NCBI RefSeq assembly: GCF_000015225.1
Contig: NC_008698.1
Coordinates: 1,680,001 to 1,712,000 of the forward strand
Reading direction: 5' to 3'
Length of the DNA: 32,000 nt
Origin: Thermofilum pendens Hrk 5
GTDB taxonomy: Archaea > Thermoproteota > Thermoprotei > Thermofilales > Thermofilaceae
The stretch's first letter is position 1, and every line of letters begins with the position of its first letter. A program made the position numbers and the translations under genes. The notes under the pieces are model-generated. The model was not told the DNA's origin. It made no database searches and was given only the letters and a program-made list of their open reading frames with translations. Shown in pieces: positions 17,331-24,564 of the stretch.

Positions 17331-18197
17331 CTAGTCGTCGCTACTCGGGGCGCCGTAGCCGGCCCCGCTCCCCCCGCCCTGCTGGGCGTTCGCTACCGCG
17401 TAGAGGAGGCTTTTAAGCCTCGAGACCGCGTACGAGAAAGGCCCGGCGTCCGGAGGGTTGAGCGCCCCGAGGGATCTCGCGAGCTGCTCGCTGACGGCAA
17501 TGCTCCTCCCGGCTTTCCTCGCCTTGCACAGCGCGTCCAGCTCCTCCGGGTGCTTGGAGGTTATGTCGACGGCGAGTAGTAGCTGTTTCAGGTACCTCTG
17601 AGCGGCGTCCACGGCTTCGGACGCGTTGCGGTGGGCGTCGACGTGGCTCTGGGAAAGCAGCGTCGAGGGGTCGGCGAGGGAGAGGTTGCCCGCGGCTAGT
17701 CCTACCAGGGAGTACGCCCTAGAGAGGTTGCCCGCGATGCTCAGCCCGAGCCTGTGCGCCTCAGCCGCGTTACACTCCTCCAGCGCCGCGAGGTACCTCT
17801 GGATGCTCTCCTTGGACCCCGAGAGGACGTCCAGCGCCGCGTAGATACTGGAGGAGGCGTTCGCCATCCGGCCGTAGCTGTCGGAAGCGCTTAACAGCCT
17901 TAACACGAGGTCGGAGGGGTCCATCTCGGAGAGGGCGTTCCTGTAGGACGCTATCTCGCCTGCAATCCTAGAAGCGTTCGCGGACATCGACCGGAAGTCC
18001 GCGTTCCACCGGGCGGGGTTCCGGAGCATCGTCGAGGAAGAGTTGAGGTGGTAGACCGCCTCTACGAAGAGCCTCGGCACCTCCCTTAGGTCGGGTGTCC
18101 CGGCCGCCGTGCCTCCCGGCTTGTAGAAGAACAGGGCTAGGAGCGCTACGAGCAACAACTGGAGGACTAGTAACTCTGCCAGGCTACGCCTAGACAT
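17331..18197 (-). CDS. Signal-anchored, sequon-rich alpha-helical protein of unknown function
   Basis: 288 aa. N-terminus LAELLVLQLLLVALLALFF. Six N-x-S/T sequons (NSS, NAS, NAS, NLS, NLS, NAS). TATA-like ATAAAT (minus) at 18221-18226, about 25 nt upstream of ATG 18197. Confidence 0.55.
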   Translation of the reverse strand: MSRRSLAELLVLQLLLVALLALFFYKPGGTAAGTPDLREVPRLFVEAVYHLNSSSTMLRNPARWNADFRSMSANASRIAGEIASYRNALSEMDPSDLVLRLLSASDSYGRMANASSSIYAALDVLSGSKESIQRYLAALEECNAAEAHRLGLSIAGNLSRAYSLVGLAAGNLSLADPSTLLSQSHVDAHRNASEAVDAAQRYLKQLLLAVDITSKHPEELDALCKARKAGRSIAVSEQLARSLGALNPPDAGPFSYAVSRLKSLLYAVANAQQGGGSGAGYGAPSSDD

Positions 18198-18294
18198 CTA
18201 TGAAGAGGGGGTAAGCCGACATTTATCTGCCTTTTGCGCGGACTCACGCGTGGAGCGCGGGACACCCGTGACCGGGCGGAGAGAACCGCTCGAC

Positions 18295-18304
18295 AAGCTT
18301 ATAG
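18295..18304 (+). promoter_or_regulatory. BRE/TATA-like AAGCTTATAG
   Basis: About 39 nt upstream of GTG 18339. Shares the AAGCTTATA 9-mer with 2207-2215 and 20204-20212 (minus). Confidence 0.45.
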
Positions 18305-18338
18305 CCTGCTTCAGGAGTAGGTAACCCGGGTAGCTGGG

Positions 18339-19256
18339 GTGGAGTTGCTCAGCAAGGAGGAGAAGCTGAGGATACTTAGAACCCTCGAGGAGGACGCGGA
18401 GTTCAGGCACGCTGTAGCCGGGCTTATCGGGATGAGGGAAATTTTGGAGAAGCTCGACAGGCTGTGGGAGGAGGTCAGGGACCTTAGGGAGGAGCAAGCG
18501 AGAACGTGGAAGGAGATCGAGAAAGTTTGGGGAGAAATCGAGAAGCTACGCGAGGAACAGGCGAAAACGTGGAAGGAAATTGAAAGATTGCGTGAAGAAC
18601 AGGCAAAGACGTGGAAAGAGATTGAAAAGCTGAGGGAGGAGCAGGCGAGGACGTGGAAGGAAATCAAGAAAGTGTGGGAAGAGATCGAGAAGCTACGCGA
18701 AGAGCAGACAAAGATCTGGGAGGAGATTGAGGAGCTACGCAAGGAACAGACAAAAATGTGGGAGGAGATCAAGGGGCTTAGAGAGGGGCAGACGAAGATA
18801 TGGCAGGAGATCGCCGAGCTGAAGGAGGGGCAGGGCAAGATTTGGGTTACGCTTAACAGGCTTTCGAAGACAGTGGAGAGGCTTACTCTGACTGTCGAGG
18901 AGGAGGCAGGGGAGGTTATTAGCTACAGGATGAGGGAAGAGATGGGCGTCAGGATCGCACTGTCCTCGATCGTTGTAGACGATAAGGAGATCAACGTGTA
19001 CGGTGTGTCGGACGATCTCTGCGTGGTGGGCGAGGCGACAGTTAGGCTTGGAGACGAGCTCGTAAAGGAGCTGGAGAGGAAGGTAGAGTACATCGCCAAG
19101 GCGAGGCCCGACCTGCTGAGGTCGAGGATGATCAAAGTGATATACGCGGACTACGCTACCCCCTCCGCCCTGCGGCTCGCCGAGGAGATGGGTATATGGG
19201 TCTTGAAGTGGAGCGGCGACCTCACACCCAGGGTCGTCCACTCGTTGAAGCAATAA
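18339..19256 (+). CDS. Coiled-coil protein: Trp-register heptad array plus a C-terminal restriction-endonuclease-like (DUF3782-neighbourhood type) domain
   Basis: 305 aa. Eight units of LREEQ(A/T)K(T/I)WKEIEK. C-terminus EINVYGVSDDLCVVGEATVRLG ... AEEMGIWVLKW resembles, from memory, the E-I-D...G-E-x-K...elGI pattern of archaeal PD-(D/E)xK-like proteins. Confidence 0.75.
   Translation: MELLSKEEKLRILRTLEEDAEFRHAVAGLIGMREILEKLDRLWEEVRDLREEQARTWKEIEKVWGEIEKLREEQAKTWKEIERLREEQAKTWKEIEKLREEQARTWKEIKKVWEEIEKLREEQTKIWEEIEELRKEQTKMWEEIKGLREGQTKIWQEIAELKEGQGKIWVTLNRLSKTVERLTLTVEEEAGEVISYRMREEMGVRIALSSIVVDDKEINVYGVSDDLCVVGEATVRLGDELVKELERKVEYIAKARPDLLRSRMIKVIYADYATPSALRLAEEMGIWVLKWSGDLTPRVVHSLKQ
18453..18860 (+). 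repeat. In-frame 42-nt (14-aa) tandem coding repeat; two units carry an extra 21-nt heptad
   Basis: Trp at residues 43, 57, 64, 78, 92, 106, 113, 127, 141, 155, 169, all congruent modulo 7. The units differ mostly at synonymous positions. Confidence 0.85.
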
Positions 19257-19323
19257 CCCGCTCTACGCGCCGCGTAACCCTCGCTTCAAAACCGGGAGCG
19301 GCGGGCTTTTCCGCGTCTTCGCG

Positions 19324-19605
19324 CTACCTGCACGCGTAGATGCAGAGGTTGTCGACGACTACGTAGTTTCTCAGACCGCGGGAGTCGAGCTCTCCGAGGA
19401 AGGCTTCGAGCTCCGTTAGGGGTACGAGGTATGTCCCGGGGCACAGAGCCAGTCCGCCGTGCTTTTCGAGCAGCCCCCTCCCCCTGTACCTCTTGCCCTT
19501 CACAGTCACCGTCGTTCCTAGGAGGGTCTTCGATACCTTGTTTTTAATGCTCCTCGGAGCCTCCGGGGAAAGCCTCACGACGGCGTATGCTTCCGGGAAG
19601 CCCAT
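19324..19605 (-). CDS. Hypothetical protein (93 aa)
   Basis: ORF 15 nt downstream of the 180-aa gene on the same strand. Alternating beta/alpha-like pattern, three Cys near the C-terminus. No family recognised. Confidence 0.45.
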   Translation of the reverse strand: MGFPEAYAVVRLSPEAPRSIKNKVSKTLLGTTVTVKGKRYRGRGLLEKHGGLALCPGTYLVPLTELEAFLGELDSRGLRNYVVVDNLCIYACR

Positions 19606-19620
19606 TCCTCTCCCCGGGCG

Positions 19621-20163
19621 CTAGCCCCCTTCGTGGCTATCGTTTTCCTCGAGGCAGAGGTCCTCCCTGCACCTCACGCTGGAGAGGTCTACAGAGCCGG
19701 AGAGAGCCTTAGCCCTCGCTACCAGGTCTTCTATGGAGTCTAGTATGCTCTTCCTGGCTTCGAGCAGGGATTGTAGCTGGGAGTTTATCCGCGCCGCCGC
19801 CTCCAGGTCTTGTTGCCCGCTCCTCGCCTTCTTGAGAACCTTCTCTATGACCTCGTCCGTGTGTATGAGCGCGGTTGCCAGGTGCTTCAAGGTGCACCAC
19901 ACGCTTTCCCAGGAGGTCCTGAAGTCCCCTCCGCCTCCCCGGGCTTCGAGCGCCTCTATCTCGAAGAGAGCCTGCCCCACGATCTTCCTGCACTCCCTGA
20001 GCCTGTCGACGAGGTCCCCGAAGGCCGGGCGCCCCAGGTAGGCGTCCGCCTCTAGGAGGTGTTGCTCCGAGTGGTTCAAGTGCCCTATCAGGTAGACGAA
20101 CTCCTGCACGAGGGCCTCCTCCCAGACAGGGCTAACCTCCACTGTCTTCTCGTCCTCCGGCAT
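19621..20163 (-). CDS. Hypothetical His-rich helical protein (180 aa)
   Basis: ATG start preceded by GGGGGTGGGG (SD-like), a dyad operator and a TATA box. Helical segments GHLNHSEQHLLEA and CTLKHLATALIHTDE. No family recognised. Confidence 0.55.
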   Translation of the reverse strand: MPEDEKTVEVSPVWEEALVQEFVYLIGHLNHSEQHLLEADAYLGRPAFGDLVDRLRECRKIVGQALFEIEALEARGGGGDFRTSWESVWCTLKHLATALIHTDEVIEKVLKKARSGQQDLEAAARINSQLQSLLEARKSILDSIEDLVARAKALSGSVDLSSVRCREDLCLEENDSHEGG

Positions 20164-20174
20164 ACCCCACCCCC

Positions 20175-20196
20175 TTTATGCATCGTGATGCATAAA
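20175..20196. promoter_or_regulatory. Perfect inverted repeat TTTATGCAT-CGTG-ATGCATAAA (candidate operator)
   Basis: 9-bp arms, 4-nt spacer. Lies between the TATA (20201-20210, minus GCTTATATAG) and ATG 20163. Confidence 0.6.
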
Positions 20197-20332
20197 CACC
20201 CTATATAAGCTTTTCTGTTTTTAAGCGCCGCATCCTAGGAGGACGCCAGCCCCTCGCCAGCCCACCTTCAAGGCGAAAAACCTTGTAGCGCGAGCTTGCC
20301 GAAGTATCGAAGAAAATGTCTAGGACCGCGGT

Positions 20333-21304
20333 TTAATGCTCCCGCCCGGCTAGCCTGCTTATTCTCCTAATGTAGTAAAGCTTCCCCTCGTACTCGATCT
20401 CTACCAGGAGGTTCTCGCGCACGAGCTCCTCCACTACGCCCCACTCCGCCCCCGCCCTCTTAAGGAACTCCTCGACGGCGTCTCTCCGCATCGGGTGCAC
20501 CGCCGTTATGGCGAGCAGGTCCTCCCTTACGTTCCCGGTTGGCGCGAAGTCGCTTCCCTCGTACCCCGTGAGCAACTCCACCCTGCCTGGGCCGAGCCTC
20601 TCCGAGAGAAGCTGGTAGGCGGCGTTCACGACCTCCTCCCCTGCGGGCTTCACCCACTTCTCGGCGGGGGGCCTCACCGGGACCGCTACGTAGGCCTTCG
20701 CGAGCCTCCTCAGGCCTCCCAGAAAGTCCGCGAGCCGCTGCAGCTCCTCGCCGTACTCCACGCCTCCTACGAGCATTGTCTCCGAGACAAGGGTTCCCTT
20801 GAACTCCTCGGCGAACACGGATACACCTTCCAGGACCTTCTCAAGGCTTAGCTCCCTGCTCGGCCTGTTCACCCTCCTCCACAGGCCCTCCTCGACCGCG
20901 TCGACCTTCACGGATACGAAGTCTGCGCCTGCTAGGTCCTCCCTTACGTCCTCGCGCCACAGGAGCGACGCGTTCGTGAGGACGGCTACCGGTTTCCCCA
21001 GGCCCTTTAGGAGCGAGATCTCCCTCCCGAGGTTCGCGTCCAGAGTAGGCTCCCCGTCCGGCACGAATGTTACGAAGTCCACCCTCTCCCCCCTGGACGC
21101 CGCCTCTCCGAGCTTGGCTTTGACTGCCTCGTATACCTTCTCGGGCTCGTAGAAGGCCCTCCTCTCCACCGTGAGGACCGTAGTCCTCCCGACTTGGCAG
21201 TACACGCAGGAGTAGGAGCACACCTTGGCCGGTATGTTGTTGACGCCGAGGCTTCTCCCCAGCCTCCTGCTAGGCACGGGCCCGAACGCTAGCGCGGAGT
21301 CCAC
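20333..21304 (-). CDS. Radical SAM domain protein with a non-rSAM C-terminal domain
   Basis: CSYSCVYCQ (CxxxCxxC), preceded by FGPVPSRRLGRSLGVNNIP. GTG start 14 nt downstream of the Bax1 stop. Confidence 0.85.
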   Translation of the reverse strand: MDSALAFGPVPSRRLGRSLGVNNIPAKVCSYSCVYCQVGRTTVLTVERRAFYEPEKVYEAVKAKLGEAASRGERVDFVTFVPDGEPTLDANLGREISLLKGLGKPVAVLTNASLLWREDVREDLAGADFVSVKVDAVEEGLWRRVNRPSRELSLEKVLEGVSVFAEEFKGTLVSETMLVGGVEYGEELQRLADFLGGLRRLAKAYVAVPVRPPAEKWVKPAGEEVVNAAYQLLSERLGPGRVELLTGYEGSDFAPTGNVREDLLAITAVHPMRRDAVEEFLKRAGAEWGVVEELVRENLLVEIEYEGKLYYIRRISRLAGREH

Positions 21305-21318
21305 AAGCTGTTTCCGAG

Positions 21319-22725
21319 CTACCGGCGTTTATTCTTTTTCAGTACGAGCTTGTCGGGGTCTAGCGTTGTCCAGTCGACCCCGTAGCCCAGCTTTTCGAGC
21401 ACCTTGACTGCCTCGCTCTCGGGGACCCCCAGCTTCCTGAGCTCCCTGATAGCCTCGGAGAGTGTTCTCCCGGAGAGGTCCGGTAGCCCCTCCAGGCGGT
21501 ACTCGACTTCTTCTCGCGGCTCCTCGGGGGGCTCGCCGAGGTAGCGCTTGAGTACCGGGTAGACGTCCGCCCCCCTCAGCCGCCCCTTGAAGACCACGAC
21601 GTCGTGGGGCAGGTCCTTCACGGAGGAGCACGCTAGCTCCTCGTTCACGGCTACCACGATGTTGACCCCGCGTAGCTCTCTAAGCTTCTGCATCTTCCTC
21701 TCCAGGTAGTCCTTGGTCCAGAAGCCGAGTATCTCTATGTACACCTTCCTCTCGCCGTTCGACACCGAGAAGTCGGGTATCAGGACCTTGTTCCCGGCTA
21801 CGAGCGGCTCGGGCTCCCGCTCCACCCTCCAGCCGCGCGCGAGGCTCGAGATGCTCCTGTAGAACTCCCTCTCGACCTCGCTGTCGAAGAGGGGCTCCGG
21901 CTCCTCCTCCACCCTTGGGAACAGCCCCGACTTCTCGTCGCCGAGCTCGAAGAAGAGGTCCCTCCCCCTCGCCGGGACCCTAGCCCTGATCCTCCAGCGC
22001 TCAGCCAGCATCACGAGTGGGACTAGCTTCGCCAGCCTGGTCCCGTACCTCCTGGTCTGCCTCAGCAGCGACGCGGGCCCGTCCACGGTTAGCCTCACCC
22101 CCTCGCCGAGCTGCTCCGCGACGTAGAGTAGGCCCAGCCTCTTCACCGCTCTCAGCAGCTTCTTCGCCGTCGCGCCGTCGCTCCTGAAGACCACTTCGAG
22201 CTGCGAGGCCTTGAAGAGCAGCGTCTGCACCATCGAGAGGTTAAGCATCCTCACGAGGTCCTCGGCCTTCAGCGCCGGGGGCTCCGCCAGTACTTCCTCG
22301 AGGTACCCGCCGAGCACCGACTCCAGGTCCTCGACGCTGCAGCCGAGCCTCTCCGCTACCCGCCGGAGCACCGTAGACCTCTCCTCCTCCGTGACCGCTA
22401 CTCCGAACTCCCTGCAAGCCTCCTCGAAGACCTCCATCCTCGCCTTCACGGGGTCGACGGGGGCCTTCGGGGGCTCGAACCTCGCGTGCCGCGCCGCGAG
22501 CGTGAACATAGCCCTGACTACCCTGAGGTCGAGGCCCAGCTCGAGGGCGAGTTCCTCCAGGTCGGCGAGGCCCTCCTCAAGCTCCCTCCTGCCCTTGCCC
22601 ACCCCCCGCTCGAAGAGCTCCAGGACCTCCGAGGCGAGGGCCACCGGTAGCCCGGAAGGCTCGAGTAGCAGGGGCTCGATGCGCCCCCGCCGCGCGCGTG
22701 CCACGAGGAGGTTGGACGGCAACAC
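21319..22725 (-). CDS. bax1: Bax1 nuclease (DUF790), XPB partner
   Basis: Start reassigned to GTG 22725-22723 (M-LPSNLLVARARRGRIEPLLL, typical Bax1 N-terminus). Nuclease region LIPDFSV...KVYIEILGFWTKDYLERK. The 683-aa track ORF is an artefactual extension into XPB. Confidence 0.8.
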   Translation of the reverse strand: MLPSNLLVARARRGRIEPLLLEPSGLPVALASEVLELFERGVGKGRRELEEGLADLEELALELGLDLRVVRAMFTLAARHARFEPPKAPVDPVKARMEVFEEACREFGVAVTEEERSTVLRRVAERLGCSVEDLESVLGGYLEEVLAEPPALKAEDLVRMLNLSMVQTLLFKASQLEVVFRSDGATAKKLLRAVKRLGLLYVAEQLGEGVRLTVDGPASLLRQTRRYGTRLAKLVPLVMLAERWRIRARVPARGRDLFFELGDEKSGLFPRVEEEPEPLFDSEVEREFYRSISSLARGWRVEREPEPLVAGNKVLIPDFSVSNGERKVYIEILGFWTKDYLERKMQKLRELRGVNIVVAVNEELACSSVKDLPHDVVVFKGRLRGADVYPVLKRYLGEPPEEPREEVEYRLEGLPDLSGRTLSEAIRELRKLGVPESEAVKVLEKLGYGVDWTTLDPDKLVLKKNKRR

Positions 22726-24080
22726 TACTGCCCACCCTTCAGCGCCTTTCTGCGCTTCCGCGAGATCTCCACCTCCTTGGTTCCGGAGGTCACGACCTCG
22801 TAGACCACGGCCCTCTTCCCCTCGCGCGGCCTTAGGACCCTCCCAAGCCTCTGGACGAACTCCCTCCTGCTCGCCGTTCCGCTCAGGATCACCGCGACGT
22901 TCGCGTCCGGGACGTCGACGCCCTCCTCCAGCACCTTGCTCGTCACTATGGCGCGCACGAGCCCCTTCCTGAAGGCGGACATCACGGCTCTCCGCTCCTC
23001 CTCGGGCGTCCTGTACGTTATCTCGGGTACCAGGAAGCGGGAGGATATCCTCCTCACCACGTCGCCGTGCTCGGCGAATATCAGCACCTTGTCGCCCCTG
23101 TGCCTCGCCAGGAGCTCTTCGAGGACCTCCATCTTCGAGGAGGCGTGCAGGGCTATCCTCCTGGCCCTGTACCACGCGAGGAGGGCTTCCCTGGCCTCGG
23201 GGTCCTTCACGCTGAGCGCGGCGAGCCTCTCGAAGTCCCGGGGGCCCCGGATCCTGAGCCCCCTCTTCCTCAGGAACGACCTGTACGTCCTCGTAAGCCT
23301 CTCGTACTCCTCCCTCTCCTCCGGCGACATCTCCGCGTACACGCGGACAACGTCGAACTCCGCGAGCCACTTCCCCGCCATCTCGCCCACGCCGCGCCTA
23401 TACACGACGGGGCCGACGAGGTACGGCAGGAGCTCGTGGAGCCCGTCCTCCCGCTCCGGGGTCGCCGTGAGGCCCATCCTCCAGGGGGCGGCCGAGAGCT
23501 CTGCTACCTGCCTGTAGCCCGGGCTCGGGAGGTGGTGGACCTCGTCGAACACTAGGAGCTCGAACTTGTCTCCCAGGAACTCCGCGTTCACGTACGCCGA
23601 GTCGTACGTGGCTACAGTGACACAGCCCACCTCCTTCTCCCCTCCCCCGTACCTCCCCGGCGCGACCCCCAGGTGCCTCCTAACCCCCTCCTCCCACTGG
23701 TCCATGAGCTCCAGTGTCGGCACGACTATCAGCGTGGGGCAAGCGAGCCTAGCGATCGCCGCGAGGGCGACCATCGTCTTGCCTGCCCCCGTAGGCAGGA
23801 CCACGACCCCCCTCCTCCCAGCCATCCACCTCTCCAGGGCCTCCTCCTGGTAGTCCCTGAGCTGGACCTCGCGCGCTTGGAGCTTGCACTGGGGAGGGTG
23901 CAGGACGTCGTCCTCGAACTCGACGCCAGCCTCCCTCAAGGCCTCCACTATCCACCTGTACTGTATCGCGAGGGCGCGGTAACCCTTGACCCTAGGGTCG
24001 AAGCGGAAGTAGGGAGCCACGCTCGGCGGGGGAGAACCCCTGAGCAGTATAGTCCCCGCGCTCCACTCAAGCTTCAACAT
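22725..24080 (-). CDS. xpb: XPB/Rad25-type superfamily 2 DNA helicase
   Basis: Walker A LPTGAGKT, DEVH box (VFDEVHHLP), RED motif (TATPEREDG), helicase C-terminal motifs (VTSKVLEEGVDVP, QRLGRVLR). Confidence 0.9.
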   Translation of the reverse strand: MLKLEWSAGTILLRGSPPPSVAPYFRFDPRVKGYRALAIQYRWIVEALREAGVEFEDDVLHPPQCKLQAREVQLRDYQEEALERWMAGRRGVVVLPTGAGKTMVALAAIARLACPTLIVVPTLELMDQWEEGVRRHLGVAPGRYGGGEKEVGCVTVATYDSAYVNAEFLGDKFELLVFDEVHHLPSPGYRQVAELSAAPWRMGLTATPEREDGLHELLPYLVGPVVYRRGVGEMAGKWLAEFDVVRVYAEMSPEEREEYERLTRTYRSFLRKRGLRIRGPRDFERLAALSVKDPEAREALLAWYRARRIALHASSKMEVLEELLARHRGDKVLIFAEHGDVVRRISSRFLVPEITYRTPEEERRAVMSAFRKGLVRAIVTSKVLEEGVDVPDANVAVILSGTASRREFVQRLGRVLRPREGKRAVVYEVVTSGTKEVEISRKRRKALKGGQ

Positions 24081-24147
24081 CCCTAAGCCCCAGTGATGCC
24101 AAGAATCATTTATGCATGACGCCGCGTGATAGTTGCGCGAAAAACTG

Positions 24148-24498
24148 TCATCCCTGCCCGGTCTCCCCGGGAGCGCCGGGGAGCTGGGCTATCACTATGG
24201 GCCTCCCCTCGAGGATCGCCGAGACAAGCTTCTCCCTACCGCTCTCAACGAGCCTCCACACGGTGGTTCTCGAAACGCCCATCCTCGCCCCCGCCTCCTC
24301 GTACGACAGCTTCTCCAAGTCTACCAGTCGGAGCGCTTCGACCTCCGCCGGTTCAAGCACCACGGGCTCTATGGGTAAAGGAGGCGGAGGGTAGGGGTTA
24401 AAGCCCTGCACGCTTGGAAGAAACCCCACGCTGACCGGCTTCGGCGGCCTTCCTATCCTCCCCCTCCTGTGCCTGTAGCACCACCCATGCCCGGGCAT
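24148..24498 (-). CDS. DUF134 (UPF0251) family HTH protein, putative transcriptional regulator
   Basis: MPGHGWCYRHRRGRIGRPPKP ... VVLEPAEVEALRLVDLEKLSYEEAGARMGVSRTTVWRLVESGREKLVSAILEGRPIVI matches the DUF134 architecture (basic N-terminus plus sigma-70 region 4-like HTH). ATG 24498 preferred over TTG 24504. Confidence 0.85.
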   Translation of the reverse strand: MPGHGWCYRHRRGRIGRPPKPVSVGFLPSVQGFNPYPPPPLPIEPVVLEPAEVEALRLVDLEKLSYEEAGARMGVSRTTVWRLVESGREKLVSAILEGRPIVIAQLPGAPGETGQG

Positions 24499-24564
24499 CG
24501 CCAAACCCCCTACACCTTAACAAGCCGGGTACCCTTCATTTAAAGCCTTCTTTAAGCGTAATGC

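Noticed and set aside
18311-18838. 175-aa minus ORF rich in Ser/Phe/Ile/Cys.
   Set aside because: It is the antisense shadow of the Trp-heptad repeat gene. The periodic low-complexity sequence mirrors the plus-strand repeat.
18453-18860. Possible CRISPR array or minisatellite (also considered for 1-289).
   Set aside because: The 21/42-nt periodicity has no unique spacers, lies fully in-frame within long ORFs, and the copies diverge at synonymous sites. These are coding heptad repeats.
19257-19323. Bidirectional terminator hairpin between the convergent genes (CCCGCTC ... GAGCGGCGGG followed by CTTTTCC).
   Set aside because: The stem is imperfect, the loop is long (about 30 nt) and the T tract is short, so the support is too weak to annotate.
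22726-23370. The first 215 codons of the 683-aa track ORF (21319..23370, minus), which would make a giant Bax1.
   Set aside because: This part lies entirely inside the XPB gene in another frame and is Arg/Gly/Glu-rich low-complexity sequence. The Bax1-like sequence begins exactly at GTG 22725, which overlaps the XPB stop.
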